Source: Synechococcus sp. A15-24 (GTDB taxonomy: Bacteria > Cyanobacteriota > Cyanobacteriia > PCC-6307 > Cyanobiaceae). From it: a stretch of 32,000 nucleotides of DNA. Below are positions 4,921 through 16,160 of the stretch, one piece after another. Under the pieces are notes generated by a model, which worked only from the letters and a program-made list of their open reading frames with translations, was not told the DNA's origin and searched no databases. A program made the position numbers and the translations under genes. Location: contig NZ_CP047960.1 in NCBI RefSeq assembly GCF_014280195.1, positions 900,001-932,000 of the forward strand, in the 5' to 3' direction. Each line of letters starts with the position of its first letter. Positions within the stretch are counted from its first letter, which is position 1.

Positions 4921-6117
4921 ATGGCAGGAGATCTGAGTGCAACTGAGGGCATCTCGCGAGATGATCAGGGCTGGCCGTGGTGGCCGCTGCTGCCGCTCTA
5001 TCCCTATGGCCGCCGCCACACGCTGTTCAGTGAGTTGATCCCTGGCCAGCTCTGGAGTCTGGAGCAGCTGCAGGGGGTGTATTACGTGGCTGTTCCGGTG
5101 CGGCTCACCGTTGCCAAGGTGCCCGGTGGCTTGATGTTGGTGAACCCATTGCCGCCGACCGGTGAGGTTCGCCAAGCCATTGCCAGGCTGGAACAGCAGC
5201 ATGGGCCCGTGCGCACGATCGTGCTGCCCACCGCCTCTGGTCTGGAGCACAAGCTTCCCCTGGGACCCCTGGCTCGGGCGTTCCCCAAGGCTGATGTCTG
5301 GGTCTGCCCCGGGCAGTGGAGCTTCCCGGTTCAGTTGCCTCTGGCCTGGTTGGGCGTTCCGGCACGCCGCACGCATGTGTTGTTAGACGATGGCGTCCCC
5401 CATGGCGATGTTTGTGAGTGGTTGTCGTTGGGACCCCTCGACCTTGGCGTCGGTCGCTTCCAGGAGATCTCCTGTTTTCATAGTCCGTCAGGCGCTCTGC
5501 TGGTCACCGATGCCCTGGTGGGCATCAGTGTTGAGCCGCCTTCGCTGTTTGATCTCGACCCCACGGCGCTGTTGTTCCACGCCCGCGAGCGGGGTGATCA
5601 GCTTTTGCACGACACGCCCGAGGCGCGTCGACGTGGTTGGGCGCGGCTGGTGCTGTTTGCCTCCTACCTGCGGCCGGAACCGTTGGAGGTGCCAACCCTC
5701 AAGGAGGTGTTTCGCCATGCCTTTCGCCCCGGTCTGCGATCGGCCAAAGCCCACTTCGGGCTCTATCCCTTTCGGTGGAAGCCGGGTTGGGAGGCCGCCG
5801 CTGCTGAGTTGATGGGGGAAGCGGAGCCCAAAATTCAGGTGGCGCCGGTGTTGGAGCGGTTGGTGTTACCCCGTGCCAAGAAATCTCTGCTCGATTGGTT
5901 GGAGCAGCTGGGTCAATGGAGCGATCTGCGCTGGCTGGTGTCAGCCCACTACAGCGCTCCCATCGGTTTCACGACAGGAACGTTGGATTCACTTGTTCGG
6001 GATCTGACCGAACGCCCCTGGGCACCCAGCACCAGCAACTGGGAGTTTCTTGGATCGATTGATCAACGCTTGCTGGATCTCGGCGTAGTGCCTGAGCAAC
6101 CTCGTCTCAGAGGTTGA
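4921..6117 (+). CDS. DUF4336-family conserved protein (cyanobacteria/plastid lineage)
   Basis: 398 aa from ATG 4921. The strings GWPWWPLLPLYPYGRRHT, VLPTASGLEHK and CPGQWSFP fit this conserved family as I remember it. High GC3. The ORF-track start 4873 is a TTG inside the putative att region. Confidence 0.8.
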   Translation: MAGDLSATEGISRDDQGWPWWPLLPLYPYGRRHTLFSELIPGQLWSLEQLQGVYYVAVPVRLTVAKVPGGLMLVNPLPPTGEVRQAIARLEQQHGPVRTIVLPTASGLEHKLPLGPLARAFPKADVWVCPGQWSFPVQLPLAWLGVPARRTHVLLDDGVPHGDVCEWLSLGPLDLGVGRFQEISCFHSPSGALLVTDALVGISVEPPSLFDLDPTALLFHARERGDQLLHDTPEARRRGWARLVLFASYLRPEPLEVPTLKEVFRHAFRPGLRSAKAHFGLYPFRWKPGWEAAAAELMGEAEPKIQVAPVLERLVLPRAKKSLLDWLEQLGQWSDLRWLVSAHYSAPIGFTTGTLDSLVRDLTERPWAPSTSNWEFLGSIDQRLLDLGVVPEQPRLRG

Positions 6118-6460
6118 GTTCGTCGTCCGGCTCGATGGCCATCTGCTCATCAGCGAACAAGGTCTCTTCCAGCTCCTTGCGCTGCTCCATCTGACGCAGG
6201 AAGTAGCCCGTCATCATTGCTGAAGCAAGCATGTTTGCCAGGTTGTCGCGGTTGGCTGTGACCTTCACTTCGAAGTGTTCACCGGGGAGCATTCCCAGCA
6301 ACCCTTGGACGTTGTGGCGAATGATGTCCTGGATGTCGTTGCTGGCGGACTTCGCGACACGCTGCAAGGTGTCCGGTGTTTGCTCCTGCAGGTACTGGAT
6401 CAGGCTGTTCCCCGCTTGACCGTCGTTGCTGTCAGTGGTCAGGAACTCGGGGTTGAACAT
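6107..6460 (-). CDS. DUF760-family conserved protein
   Basis: 117 aa with the MMTGYFLRQMEQR motif characteristic of DUF760. It overlaps the convergent 4921-6117 gene by 11 nt. Confidence 0.8.
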   Translation of the reverse strand: MFNPEFLTTDSNDGQAGNSLIQYLQEQTPDTLQRVAKSASNDIQDIIRHNVQGLLGMLPGEHFEVKVTANRDNLANMLASAMMTGYFLRQMEQRKELEETLFADEQMAIEPDDELNL

Positions 6461-6508
6461 CCGTTGTGATCTACATCACGGACCTGAACATAACGCAAGC
6501 ACCCGTGA

Positions 6509-7102
6509 TCAACTGCCATCAGCAGGGGCGGGGATCCGTAAGGGACCGAACTGCTGCAACGGCCAGTAGCGCCAGATCGCTGTTCCGATCACGTTGCGCT
6601 CCGGCAACGGTCCCCACAGATGGGAATCCAGGCTGGCGTTGCGGTTGTCACCCATCACCCACAGCTGATCTTCGGGCACCTGAATTGGTGCCATGACGTA
6701 GTCCATGGATTCGCTGATCCAGGGCTCTTTGATCTCCTCACCATTGCGGCGCAGAACGCCGTTCTCCACCATCAACTGATCACCGGGCAAGCCCACCACC
6801 CGTTTGATCAAGGCCGCGTTGGGGTCGTATCCAGCAGCCACCAGCTGCTGCGGCGGTGCAAACACCACCACATCCCCGCGCTGCAGGTGCCGGTGCAGGC
6901 GTCGGGTCAGCCGAGGTCGGATCTTCTCCACCAGGATCCGGTCCTGCAGCTGCAGGGTGGGCAGCATCGACCCCGATGGAATCCAGCGCGGTTCCACCAC
7001 CACCCAGCGCAGTAACAGCGCCAGCAGTGCCCAGACGATCAGGTTCCGCCAGAACCCTTTGGAGCTCTCCTGGGCGGGGGGTGTGGTGGATGGGGGCGTC
7101 AT
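6509..7102 (-). CDS. lepB: signal peptidase I
   Basis: 197 aa from ATG 7102, with an N-terminal TM helix (LIVWALLALLL), the Ser box IPSGSMLPTL, the Lys box KRVVGLPGD and box E GDNRNASLDSH. Confidence 0.92.
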   Translation of the reverse strand: MTPPSTTPPAQESSKGFWRNLIVWALLALLLRWVVVEPRWIPSGSMLPTLQLQDRILVEKIRPRLTRRLHRHLQRGDVVVFAPPQQLVAAGYDPNAALIKRVVGLPGDQLMVENGVLRRNGEEIKEPWISESMDYVMAPIQVPEDQLWVMGDNRNASLDSHLWGPLPERNVIGTAIWRYWPLQQFGPLRIPAPADGS

Positions 7103-7201
7103 TGACCCAAGATCGCACCAGCCAGAACCACTGCACTGACCACTGCCCGCGCCAATCTGCAGGCGGCCCTGACGCTGCTGGACGGTCTGCGTCAGCAGGG
7201 C

Positions 7202-8839
7202 ATGACGCGGCTGGTGCTGTGTCCGGGCAGCCGCTCCGGTCCATTGGCGGCTGCTGCCGGGCTGTTGGCAGCCCGAGGTGATCTGGCGTTGACCACGGCC
7301 ATCGATGAACGGTCGGCGGCCTTCCTCGCCCTGGGCATGGCCACCTCCCGTGGTCGTGCTGTGGCGGTGGTCACCACCTCCGGCACAGCCGTCGCCAACC
7401 TGCTGCCGGCAGCCGTTGAAGCCGACCGTTCCACCCAGCCGCTGCTGCTGCTCACCGCTGATCGCCCCGCCCGGTTGAAAAATTGCGGTGCCAATCAGAC
7501 CGTGAATCAGGAGCAGTTTCTGCAGTCGGTCTGCCGTTGGCTGGGCCATGGAGCCCCGGAGGGACTGGCCAGCCAGCCGCCTCAAGCGCTTTTCGATCTT
7601 GCCCATGAGGCTTGGCGGCACTGCCACGGCCGCCCCCCTGGACCGGTGCAGCTCAACCTTCCGTTTGAGGAACCGTTGCATGGGTCCCCGGAGGATCAGC
7701 AGTCGGTGCAGGTGTCCGGCCTGCAGCGCTCGGCGCCAGCACCATCAAGTGATTCAACGCTGGGGGCAGCCCCTCAGCTCAATCCCAACCAAGCGGGCGT
7801 CGTGGTGGCCGGCCCCTGGCGTGGATTGGCTCCAGCCTTGCCGGCGTATCAGCAGGCTCTGCGGCAGTGGTTGGCCCGTAGCGGTTGGCCTTTGTTAGCG
7901 GATCCACTGGCCGCCATCCCCGCCGAGTGTCCTGGGCAGCTGGATGGCTGGGAGCTTCAGCTTGATCGCCTGCAGCTGGCGCCAGGCAGCCCCGTGCTGC
8001 GTCTGGGGCCACTGCCCGCCAGTCGGCGGCTGGAGGCATGGCTGCAGCGGCAGACGGGGCCGCAACTGCTGATCAGTGAGGGGGAACCCCGTGGTCTCGA
8101 CCCGCTGGGGCTTGCAGATCAATGGAGTGGCGGGCTGGCGGCCTGGTGGGCGGAGCAGAACCAGGACTCCACAGTCGCATCGACACCGGAGCCAGTGATG
8201 CCTCAGTCCGGGATGGCGGCTTTGCTGCGGCAGCGGTTGCCACTGCAGGGAGCCGTGAACGAACCGGCCCTGGCCCATTGGTTGTCGCTGTTGCTGCCGC
8301 CGCAGTTGCCGGTGATGCTGGCGGCCAGTTCCCCCGTCCGGGATTGGCTGATCTGGGGCGGAATCAAGGCTCAAAACCGCCGCTGCTTCAGCTTCCGCGG
8401 AGCATCCGGCATCGATGGAACGCTCTCGTTGGCCATGGGACTGGCCATGGAGCAGGGCCCCCTGGTGCTGGTGACAGGCGATCTGGCCCTGCTGCACGAC
8501 AGCAATGGCTGGTTGCATGGCGCCCAAGGCAGCCCGCCGCTCCTGGTGCTGCTGATCGACAACCAGGGCGGCGGCATCTTCCAGCAGCTGCCGGTTGAGT
8601 CGAAGCAGTTCGATCGCCTCTTCGCCATGCCCCAGCGGGTCAACCCACTGGCCCTGGCGGCTGCCCACGGCATCGACGGGCGACAGGTGGCCTGCCTGGA
8701 GGATCTGCCTAAGGCCCTCGAGTGGGGGCTGGCTCAGGGACGGCCTGCTCTGTTGCGGCTGGCGACGGACCGTGAGGCGGATGCCCGCTTGCGAACCCAG
8801 CTGCGCTCCGCTGCGCAGAATGCAGAACCTCTGCTCTGA
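7202..8839 (+). CDS. menD: 2-succinyl-5-enolpyruvyl-6-hydroxy-3-cyclohexene-1-carboxylate (SEPHCHC) synthase
   Basis: CPGSRSGPL lies near the N-terminus and the ThDP-binding motif [12 protein letters not shown] near the C-terminus. menB follows directly. The true start is probably upstream of 7202 (see finding). Confidence 0.9.
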   Translation: MTRLVLCPGSRSGPLAAAAGLLAARGDLALTTAIDERSAAFLALGMATSRGRAVAVVTTSGTAVANLLPAAVEADRSTQPLLLLTADRPARLKNCGANQTVNQEQFLQSVCRWLGHGAPEGLASQPPQALFDLAHEAWRHCHGRPPGPVQLNLPFEEPLHGSPEDQQSVQVSGLQRSAPAPSSDSTLGAAPQLNPNQAGVVVAGPWRGLAPALPAYQQALRQWLARSGWPLLADPLAAIPAECPGQLDGWELQLDRLQLAPGSPVLRLGPLPASRRLEAWLQRQTGPQLLISEGEPRGLDPLGLADQWSGGLAAWWAEQNQDSTVASTPEPVMPQSGMAALLRQRLPLQGAVNEPALAHWLSLLLPPQLPVMLAASSPVRDWLIWGGIKAQNRRCFSFRGASGIDGTLSLAMGLAMEQGPLVLVTGDLALLHDSNGWLHGAQGSPPLLVLLIDNQGGGIFQQLPVESKQFDRLFAMPQRVNPLALAAAHGIDGRQVACLEDLPKALEWGLAQGRPALLRLATDREADARLRTQLRSAAQNAEPLL

Positions 8840-8844
8840 AGCTG

Positions 8845-9714
8845 ATGGCCGAGTTGCGGCAGGTGCTCCCCGGTGACCCCGCAGCGGCGTGGACAGCCTG
8901 GGGGACTTACACCGACATCTTCGTGGACCGCTGCAGCGAGGGCATCGCCCGGGTGGCGATCAACCGCCCCGCCAAGCGCAATGCCTTTCGGCCTCAGACC
9001 GTGGTGGAGCTCTGCGATGCCTTCAGCCGCATCCGAGACGACCGCTCGATCGGTGTAGTGCTGTTCACCGGGGTGGGCCCCGCCGCCGATGGTGGCTTCG
9101 CCTTCTGTTCAGGCGGTGATCAGAGCGTGCGCGTTGACGGCGGATACGCGGGCGATGACGGCCTGCCGCGGCTCAATGTGCTCGATCTGCAACGGATCAT
9201 CCGCAGCCTGCCCAAGGTGGTGATCGCCCTGGTGGCGGGCTACGCCATGGGGGGCGGTCAGGTGTTGCACCTGCTCTGCGACCTCAGCCTGGCCGCGGAC
9301 AACGCTGTCTTCGGGCAGACCGGCCCGAAGGTGGGCAGCTTCGATGGTGGTTTCGGAGCCGGCTACCTGGCCCGGGTGGTGGGACAGCGCAAGGCGCGCG
9401 AGATCTGGTTCCTCTGTCGCCGATACGGCGCCGACGAGGCCCTGCGGATGGGGTTGGTCAATGCTGTGGTTCCCCTCGATCAACTGGAGGCGGAAGGGGT
9501 GCGCTGGGCCCGGGAGGTGTTGCAGCACAGCCCGACCGCGATCCGTTGCCTGAAGGCAGCGTTCAATGCGGAAACCGATGGCTTGGCCGGCATCCAGGAG
9601 CTGGCCGGCAATGCCACGCATCTCTTTTACCGAACCGACGAAGCGCTCGAGGGCCGCAATGCCTTCCTGGAGAAACGGCCCCCTGACTTCTCTGAAACCG
9701 GCTGGTTACCTTGA
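8845..9714 (+). CDS. menB: 1,4-dihydroxy-2-naphthoyl-CoA synthase
   Basis: 289-aa crotonase-fold protein with [17 protein letters not shown] and [20 protein letters not shown]. It starts 5 nt after menD. Confidence 0.93.
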   Translation: MAELRQVLPGDPAAAWTAWGTYTDIFVDRCSEGIARVAINRPAKRNAFRPQTVVELCDAFSRIRDDRSIGVVLFTGVGPAADGGFAFCSGGDQSVRVDGGYAGDDGLPRLNVLDLQRIIRSLPKVVIALVAGYAMGGGQVLHLLCDLSLAADNAVFGQTGPKVGSFDGGFGAGYLARVVGQRKAREIWFLCRRYGADEALRMGLVNAVVPLDQLEAEGVRWAREVLQHSPTAIRCLKAAFNAETDGLAGIQELAGNATHLFYRTDEALEGRNAFLEKRPPDFSETGWLP

Positions 9715-9718
9715 GCGC

Positions 9719-10264
9719 ATGCTTCCGGTCACCCTCCCAGAACCACTGCCCCTGCTGCAGGCGGCCTCGATGGATTCGCTGATGGAAGCCCTGGCGTCGC
9801 TGCCGGAAGAACTGCGTGAGCAGAAGGATCGGCACATCGTTCTCTTGCGGGGGCGGCGTCGTCTGCTGCTGCTCGAGAACGGCAACCTGAGCCTCGCCTT
9901 CCCCGTAGCCACTGGCATGCCTGGTTGGGAGACCCCCACCGGCAACTTCGCGGTGTTTCAGAAGATCGATCAACCCGTCTGGGTGCACCCCGTCACCGGT
10001 GAGCGGCTGGAGGAGCAGGGACCAGACAACCCCCTGGGCAGCCATTGGATCGCCTTTCAACGCGATTGCCTCGGCCGCGATGCCCATGACGGCGATCGCT
10101 GGATCAAGATCAAGGGCTGCACCACGACCGGCTTTCACGGCACCCCCCACCGCTGGACCGTGGGCCGGGCCATCTCCCATGGCTGTGTGCGCCTCTACGA
10201 CGAGGATGTGCGCAGGCTTTATGGGCAGGTGAAGCTCGGTACCCAGGTGACCGTGCTGCCCTGA
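9719..10264 (+). CDS. L,D-transpeptidase (YkuD/ErfK family) domain protein
   Basis: Carries the HGTPH...SHGCVRL catalytic His/Cys signature. ATG 9719 is chosen because the ORF-track start 9566 lies inside menB. Confidence 0.85.
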   Translation: MLPVTLPEPLPLLQAASMDSLMEALASLPEELREQKDRHIVLLRGRRRLLLLENGNLSLAFPVATGMPGWETPTGNFAVFQKIDQPVWVHPVTGERLEEQGPDNPLGSHWIAFQRDCLGRDAHDGDRWIKIKGCTTTGFHGTPHRWTVGRAISHGCVRLYDEDVRRLYGQVKLGTQVTVLP

Positions 10265-10319
10265 GCCGGCAGATCGACGAATTCCCCTTAAAGTCGCCGC
10301 GCCAACGCCGATTTCATCC

Positions 10320-11861
10320 ATGCGCATCCTCTTCGCTGCCGCGGAATGCGCCCCGATGATCAAGGTCGGTGGCATGGGGGATGTGGTGGGATCGCTGCCC
10401 CCGGCTCTGGCCAAGCTTGGCCACGACGTGCGGCTGATCATGCCCGGCTACTCCAAGCTCTGGACCAAGCTGACGATCTCGGGCGAACCCATCTGGCGCG
10501 CCCAGACGATGGGTACGGAATTCGCGGTTTACGAGACGAAGCATCCCGGCAATGGGATGACGATTTATCTGGTGGGACATCCGGTGTTCGATCCCGAGCG
10601 GATCTATGGCGGTGAAGATGAGGACTGGCGCTTCACCTTCTTTGCCAGTGCCGCCGCTGAATTCGCCTGGAATGTCTGGAAGCCGAATGTTCTTCACTGC
10701 CACGACTGGCACACCGGCATGATTCCGGTCTGGATGCACCAAGACCCGGAGATCAGCACGGTCTTCACCATCCACAACCTCAAGTACCAGGGCCCCTGGC
10801 GTTGGAAGCTGGATCGCATCACCTGGTGCCCCTGGTACATGCAGGGAGATCACACCATGGCGGCGGCACTGCTGTACGCCGACCGGGTCAACGCCGTCTC
10901 CCCCACCTACGCCGAAGAAATCCGTACGGCGGAGTACGGCGAAAAGCTGGATGGTTTGCTCAATTTCGTCTCCGGCAAGCTGCGCGGCATCCTCAATGGC
11001 ATTGACCTCGAGGCCTGGAACCCCCAGACCGATCGGGCTCTGCCGGCCACCTTCAGCGCCGACGACCTCTCCGGTAAAGCGGTCTGCAAGCGGGTGTTGC
11101 AGGAGCGCATGGGTCTTGAGGTGCGTGACGACGCCTTTGTCCTCGGCATGGTCAGCCGACTCGTCGATCAGAAGGGCGTTGACCTGCTTCTGCAGGTGGC
11201 GGACCGTTTGCTCGCCTACACCGACACGCAGATCGTGGTGCTCGGCACCGGTGACCGTGGCCTGGAATCTGGCCTGTGGCAGCTGGCCTCCCGCCATGCC
11301 GGCCGTTGCGCCGTCTTCCTCACCTACGACGACGACCTCTCCCGACTGATCTATGCCGGCAGTGACGCCTTCCTGATGCCCAGTCGCTTCGAGCCTTGCG
11401 GCATCAGCCAGCTGTACGCCATGCGTTATGGCTCCGTTCCTGTGGTGCGCAAGGTGGGCGGACTGGTGGACACCGTTCCTCCCCATAGTCCAGCCGATGC
11501 CAGCGGGACTGGCTTCTGCTTCGATCGCTTCGAACCTGTCGACTTCTACACCGCATTGGTGCGTGCCTGGGAGGCCTACCGCCATCGCGGCAGCTGGCAG
11601 GAGTTGCAGAAGCGCGGCATGCAGCAGGATTACAGCTGGGACCGTTCGGCCATCGATTACGACGTCATGTACCGCGATGTCTGCGGTCTGAAGGAACCCA
11701 CCCCTGACGCCGCAATGGTGGAACAGTTCTCCCAGGGACAGGCTGCGGATCCCTCTCGCCCAGAGGATGATGCGATCACTGCAGCTCCCGAGGCGGTCAC
11801 CGCGCCGTCCGGCCCCAGCCGCAACCCCCTCAATCGTCTCTTCGGCCGCAGGGCCGGCTGA
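10320..11861 (+). CDS. glgA: glycogen synthase (ADP-glucose type)
   Basis: N-terminus [27 protein letters not shown] contains the KxGG motif. 513 aa with a Pro/Ala-rich C-terminal tail. Confidence 0.93.
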   Translation: MRILFAAAECAPMIKVGGMGDVVGSLPPALAKLGHDVRLIMPGYSKLWTKLTISGEPIWRAQTMGTEFAVYETKHPGNGMTIYLVGHPVFDPERIYGGEDEDWRFTFFASAAAEFAWNVWKPNVLHCHDWHTGMIPVWMHQDPEISTVFTIHNLKYQGPWRWKLDRITWCPWYMQGDHTMAAALLYADRVNAVSPTYAEEIRTAEYGEKLDGLLNFVSGKLRGILNGIDLEAWNPQTDRALPATFSADDLSGKAVCKRVLQERMGLEVRDDAFVLGMVSRLVDQKGVDLLLQVADRLLAYTDTQIVVLGTGDRGLESGLWQLASRHAGRCAVFLTYDDDLSRLIYAGSDAFLMPSRFEPCGISQLYAMRYGSVPVVRKVGGLVDTVPPHSPADASGTGFCFDRFEPVDFYTALVRAWEAYRHRGSWQELQKRGMQQDYSWDRSAIDYDVMYRDVCGLKEPTPDAAMVEQFSQGQAADPSRPEDDAITAAPEAVTAPSGPSRNPLNRLFGRRAG

Positions 11862-11863
11862 TC

Positions 11864-12511
11864 TTGCCCAATCTCCCGGCGCCCTACGTCAGCCCCTGGA
11901 AAGAGCTCGCCCGCAACCTGCGGGCTCTCTGGGCTGATCTGGGCCTGCGAGGCCAGGAGCTCTGGCGACGCAACCGGGAGGGGGATCTTTCGGTACCGGG
12001 GTTCTGGCCCAACAACCTGCTGCCCTGGTTCTGGCCTGCGGTTCTGGCCCTGGTGCTGGCCGCACTTGTGTCAGCTGGGGTTCTGCTGATGCCGCCGCCG
12101 CCGGAAGCGGTCAATCCCTCGCCACCGCCCCCGGTTGCCATCCGCGAACTTCCGGCCCCCGATCCAATCCCGGAAGAGGAGCCGGTGGTGATCATCCCTG
12201 AGCCAGAGCCGCCACCACCGCTGCGCATCGATCCGCTGCTGGAGCTGTTTCTGGATGGTTCAGCGCCCGAAGATCTGCTGCTGGCGGCCCAGCCCGATGG
12301 CGTGAACAACCGCCTTGAGCTGCGCCTTGCCGAGAGCTGGTGGGATCTGCCGGAAGCCCGCCGCCAGGAACTGGCGATGGAGTGGCAGGCCCGTTGCGCC
12401 GATCTGGGCTACGGCGAGCTGCGGCTGCTGGCGCGCGACGATCAGTTGATCGGGCGGTCAGCCCGGGTCGGCAGCGGCATGATCCTGTTCAACAATGTGG
12501 CGCCGGCATGA
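11864..12511 (+). CDS. hypothetical membrane protein with proline-rich linker
   Basis: TTG start 2 nt after the glgA stop. One TM helix (WFWPAVLALVLAALVSAGVLLM) is followed by PPPPEAVNPSPPPP...EPEPPPP. The stop overlaps the murF start (ATGA at 12508-12511). Confidence 0.6.
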   Translation: MPNLPAPYVSPWKELARNLRALWADLGLRGQELWRRNREGDLSVPGFWPNNLLPWFWPAVLALVLAALVSAGVLLMPPPPEAVNPSPPPPVAIRELPAPDPIPEEEPVVIIPEPEPPPPLRIDPLLELFLDGSAPEDLLLAAQPDGVNNRLELRLAESWWDLPEARRQELAMEWQARCADLGYGELRLLARDDQLIGRSARVGSGMILFNNVAPA

Positions 12512-13857
12512 CCCTGCGGATCCAGCAGCTCATTGATCTCTGGGGGGAACCGGAGGGGGCTGTGGTGAACCCGGATCAACCCGTTGGGACGGTCTGCACC
12601 GACAGCCGCCATCTGAAGGCCGGCGATTTCTTTGTTCCCCTGGTGGGGGAACGCTTCGATGGTCATCGCTTTCTCGAGCAGTTGCCGGCGTTGGGGGGGC
12701 AGGGGGCTGTGGTGTCGCTGGACTGGACAGCGCCGCTTCCTTTCGGATTGCTGCACTGGCGAGTGGATGACACCCTGGCGGCCTACCAACAGATGGCGTT
12801 GTTGCACCGCCGTCAGCTCGGCCTGCCCCTGGTGGCCGTGACCGGTTCCGCCGGCAAGACCACAACACGGGAGTTGATTCGGGCTGTGCTGGCGCCGCTG
12901 GGGGCGATTCAAGCCAGTGACGGCAACAACAACAACGACATCGGCGTGCCCCTCACCGTGTTGGGAGCGGGTTCGGACCATGCCGCTCTGGTGATTGAGA
13001 TGGGCATGCGCGGACCGGGAGAGATCGCCCGCTTGTCCCGCTGCACTGAACCGGATGTGGCTGTGATCACCAACATCGGCACCGCCCACATCGGGCGGCT
13101 GGGCAGTCGCGAGGCCATCGCCACCGCCAAGTGCGAGATCACGGCTGCCCTTCATCCGCAGGGGGTGGTGGTCATCCCCGCCGGCGACCCATTGCTGGAG
13201 CAGGCTCTCGCTGCTGTCTGGCAGGGGCGGGTGCTGCGGGTGCGATTGGAGGATGACCCGGACATCACTGCTGACCTGATCGGCGCCGTTCGGAACGATC
13301 GTCTCCTACTGGATGAGGCTTCTGTCCCTCTGCCGCTGGATGGTCGTCACAACGCCCGCAATCTGCTGCTGGCTCTGGCGGTGGGCTCCCATCTGGGGGT
13401 TGATCCAGCCAGCGCTGCGCAGTTGCAGGTCAACATCCCCGGCGGCCGCAATCGACGTTTGCAGCAGGGGGGACTCACGCTGCTGGATGAGACCTACAAC
13501 GCCTCGCCCGAGGCGGTGCTGGCGGCTCTCGACCTTCTCGCTGATCAGCCGGGCCGGCGTTTCGCGGTGCTGGGCACCATGTTGGAGCTGGGAGATCGCA
13601 GCATTGAGCTCCATCAGCAGGTGGCCGCAAGGGCCGCTGCACTGAAGCTGGATGGGGTGGTGCTGGTGGATGGCGGAGACGAAGGCCAGGCCATGGCCAA
13701 CGTTGCTTCCGGCCTGGATCGTCTGGCTCTGGTCGCAATGCCTGAGGCAGCAGCTGCCCCCCTGGGCCAGTGGCTACAGGCCGGTGATGTGGTGCTGCTC
13801 AAGGCCAGCCGCGGTGTCGCCCTGGAACGGTTGATCCCCTTGCTGCCGTCGGTTTAG
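12508..13857 (+). CDS. murF: UDP-N-acetylmuramoyl-tripeptide--D-alanyl-D-alanine ligase
   Basis: 449 aa from ATG 12508, with the [14 protein letters not shown]-loop and [12 protein letters not shown]. The ORF-track start 12340 lies inside the upstream gene. Confidence 0.9.
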   Translation: MTLRIQQLIDLWGEPEGAVVNPDQPVGTVCTDSRHLKAGDFFVPLVGERFDGHRFLEQLPALGGQGAVVSLDWTAPLPFGLLHWRVDDTLAAYQQMALLHRRQLGLPLVAVTGSAGKTTTRELIRAVLAPLGAIQASDGNNNNDIGVPLTVLGAGSDHAALVIEMGMRGPGEIARLSRCTEPDVAVITNIGTAHIGRLGSREAIATAKCEITAALHPQGVVVIPAGDPLLEQALAAVWQGRVLRVRLEDDPDITADLIGAVRNDRLLLDEASVPLPLDGRHNARNLLLALAVGSHLGVDPASAAQLQVNIPGGRNRRLQQGGLTLLDETYNASPEAVLAALDLLADQPGRRFAVLGTMLELGDRSIELHQQVAARAAALKLDGVVLVDGGDEGQAMANVASGLDRLALVAMPEAAAAPLGQWLQAGDVVLLKASRGVALERLIPLLPSV

Positions 13858-15215
13858 GCCGGACGGTCTGCCCAGCCCTCCTTGCTCAACTGCTTCGCGC
13901 GGCCGATGGCCAGGGCGCCATCAGGCACATCCTTGGTGATTGTCGATCCTGCACCAACCGTCACCTTGGATCCCAGGGTCACAGGGGCCACCAGCACCGA
14001 ATTGGCGCCGGTCTTGCTCCCATCGCCGATCACCGTGCGGTGCTTACGCACACCGTCGTAATTGGCGGTGATCGTGCCGGCTCCCACGTTGACGTTCTCA
14101 CCGAGGCTGGCGTCGCCGATGTAGCTGAGGTGGTTGATCTTGCTGCCGGCACCCACCTGGCTTTTCTTCACCTCCACAAAGTTGCCGATGCGGCAACCAT
14201 CGGCGATGTCGGCCGCCGGACGCAGATGAGCAAAAGGTCCGATAGCAACGCCATTGCCCACCGTGGCCTCCCGGACAATGGAATGCAGCACGGAAACGTC
14301 GTTGCCGAGCTCGGCATTGTCCAGCAGGCTGCCGGGTCCCAGGCGGCAGTTGTCGCCGATGCGGCAGCTACCGCGCAGATGGGTTTGCGGTTCGATCACC
14401 ACATCGCGACCGAAGCGGCAGTCTTCACTGAGGGTGCAGCTGCCGGGGTCGACGAAGGTGACGCCCTCCGCCATCCAGTGGTCGCGCAGGCGCTGCTGCA
14501 GGACGGCTTCACATTGGGCGAGTTGCTTGCGGTTGTTGATGCCGTTCACCTCATCGGGATCGGCGACTTCCACGTGCATGGCCAGCGGCAGCATCGCCAC
14601 GGTGTCCGTCAGGTAGAGCTCCCCCTGGTCGTTGTCGGTGCTCAGCTTGGGCAGGACCTCCGCCAGCGCCTGCCAGTTGAAGCAATAGATGCCGGCGTTG
14701 GTGAGGTTGTTGCTGCGCTGCTCCTCGGAGCAGTCGCGATGCTCAACGATGGCGCTCACCTTCCCATCGGCATCGACAAACACCCGGCCATAGCCCGTCG
14801 GGTCCTCCAGGCGTGCCGTCAGCAGCGTGACATCGGCTCCGCTCTGTCGGTGGCCATTCGCAAGGGATTCAATCGTTTCCGCCCGGAGCAGGGGCACGTC
14901 GCCATTGAGCACCAGCAATTCACCCTCAAATCTCTGCAGCACCGGCAGCAGCTGTTGCACGGCATGGCCGGTGCCGTTCTGGGGTTGCTGCAGCACGAAT
15001 TCGAGTCCGCCGATGGCTGCTAGCTGCTCCTCTACCCGTTCGGCCTGATGCCCCACGATCAGCAGGCGACGTTCCGGCTGAAGGTTGGCGGCACTGGCGA
15101 GCACCCGTTCCACGAGGGTGGCACCGGCCAGGGGCTGCAGCACCTTGGGCAGCGCGCTTTTCATCCGGGTGCCTTTTCCAGCGGCCAGAACGGCGACGGC
15201 AAGCATCTCGGCCAT
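13854..15215 (-). CDS. glmU: bifunctional UDP-N-acetylglucosamine pyrophosphorylase / glucosamine-1-phosphate N-acetyltransferase
   Basis: [11 protein letters not shown] nucleotidyltransferase signature, with hexapeptide-repeat (left-handed beta-helix) sequence in the C-terminal third. Candidate starts are ATG 15215 or 15206, or TTG 15221. Confidence 0.92.
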   Translation of the reverse strand: MAEMLAVAVLAAGKGTRMKSALPKVLQPLAGATLVERVLASAANLQPERRLLIVGHQAERVEEQLAAIGGLEFVLQQPQNGTGHAVQQLLPVLQRFEGELLVLNGDVPLLRAETIESLANGHRQSGADVTLLTARLEDPTGYGRVFVDADGKVSAIVEHRDCSEEQRSNNLTNAGIYCFNWQALAEVLPKLSTDNDQGELYLTDTVAMLPLAMHVEVADPDEVNGINNRKQLAQCEAVLQQRLRDHWMAEGVTFVDPGSCTLSEDCRFGRDVVIEPQTHLRGSCRIGDNCRLGPGSLLDNAELGNDVSVLHSIVREATVGNGVAIGPFAHLRPAADIADGCRIGNFVEVKKSQVGAGSKINHLSYIGDASLGENVNVGAGTITANYDGVRKHRTVIGDGSKTGANSVLVAPVTLGSKVTVGAGSTITKDVPDGALAIGRAKQLSKEGWADRPA

Positions 15216-15233
15216 GAACAAACCGGCCGGAAT

Positions 15234-16160
15234 CTACTGGGATTGGAGGGCAGCGTCCCCTCGCCAGCGTCGCTGCCAGGCATTGGTGGGTTCTAGGTCG
15301 CAAGCCTGTTGTTCAAGAACCCGTTTCTCGAGGATCTCGCTGGAGCTGGCCTCACCATCGGGATCGCGGAAGGGAACGGCGGCGCGGGTGAACAGATGCT
15401 CCATCTCCATCGGGCTGAGGGGACGCCAGCCAGGACCTTCCGCTGTGCATGAGCCGCCCGGTTGCACCGCCATCGTTCCGCTGCTCCAGCCGACCCGTTC
15501 CCCCGGGGCCGGCAGCAGTGAGTACAGCTGCAACCCGGCCCGTTGAAGACTGGCCCGCACCGCCGCCGACCGGCAGTAGGTGAGCAGCCGTCCCCCCGGC
15601 ACCAAGCGTGCGGAGAGTCCAGCGAGGAATTCCTCGGTCCATAGCTCGGGGCAGCGTTGGGGTGAAAACGCGTCCTGCAGGATCAGGTCGAACCTCTGCT
15701 GGTCCGGAATCCGCGCGAGCGCGGTTCTTGCATCTCCCCAGAGCTGATATCCGACATGCGGAGGATCGCTCCAGCCATCATTGGCCTGGATCCCCTCCAG
15801 TCGCTCCAGAACATCTGCTCTCCACAGGTCCCGGAATGTCGGTTGCTCGAGGGCCAGATCCAGCGGTCGCCGGTCCAATTCCAGGCCCCACCACTGCACG
15901 GCAGGGGCTGGCTCGGGCAGGTCTTCCAGAATCACCGCTGTGTTGTAGCCAAGGCCAACGCAAACATCGAGGATCCTGAGACGATCGGCAGCACAGAAGC
16001 GGTTCAGCTCAGCCGGTCTCGAGAACTTCGCCCGTGCTTCGTTCAGCGCGCCAGCTGAATTGTGGAACGCCTCTGCGAACCGCTCGCTTTTCAGGCTGAA
16101 ACTGCCATCGGCCGTGGGGTATATCCGCAGGCCATCGGCATCAGCAGCGGAGCCGGTCAA
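15234..16160 (-). CDS. MnmC-like SAM-dependent methyltransferase (tRNA mnm5s2U-type, DUF752-like)
   Basis: [13 protein letters not shown] is a SAM-binding loop and [18 protein letters not shown] resembles the D-G-F-A/S-P motif of MnmC/MnmD methyltransferases. The start overlaps the aroA 3' end by 20 nt. Confidence 0.75.
   Translation of the reverse strand: MTGSAADADGLRIYPTADGSFSLKSERFAEAFHNSAGALNEARAKFSRPAELNRFCAADRLRILDVCVGLGYNTAVILEDLPEPAPAVQWWGLELDRRPLDLALEQPTFRDLWRADVLERLEGIQANDGWSDPPHVGYQLWGDARTALARIPDQQRFDLILQDAFSPQRCPELWTEEFLAGLSARLVPGGRLLTYCRSAAVRASLQRAGLQLYSLLPAPGERVGWSSGTMAVQPGGSCTAEGPGWRPLSPMEMEHLFTRAAVPFRDPDGEASSSEILEKRVLEQQACDLEPTNAWQRRWRGDAALQSQ

Noticed and set aside
6509-7681. 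390-codon ORF that extends lepB far upstream
   Set aside because: Only the last 197 aa (from ATG 7102) resemble signal peptidase I. The upstream 193 codons are Arg/Gly/Gln-rich antisense sequence of menD.
10314-11585. Long ORFs antisense to core genes: 10314-11585, 14040-15023, 18176-19174, 19669-20757, 21564-22460, 22821-23621, 25203-26165, 28828-29922, 30052-30840, 7895-8668, 9563-10441, 12442-13155, 4831-5376 and 17456-18148
   Set aside because: These are typical high-GC artefacts, because stop codons are rare on the antisense strand. Their translations are low-complexity and Arg/Gly/Pro/His-rich with no motifs, while the opposite strand carries clearly recognisable enzymes in every case.
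12340-12507. N-terminal extensions offered by the ORF track: murF 12340, amiC 20574, sds 22398, exonuclease 27121, L,D-transpeptidase 9566, comB 19026, ubiD 19120, DUF4336 4873 and xis 1919
   Set aside because: The extensions overlap the preceding gene or a divergent neighbour, and they are low-complexity. Internal ATGs fall exactly where family-typical N-termini begin.
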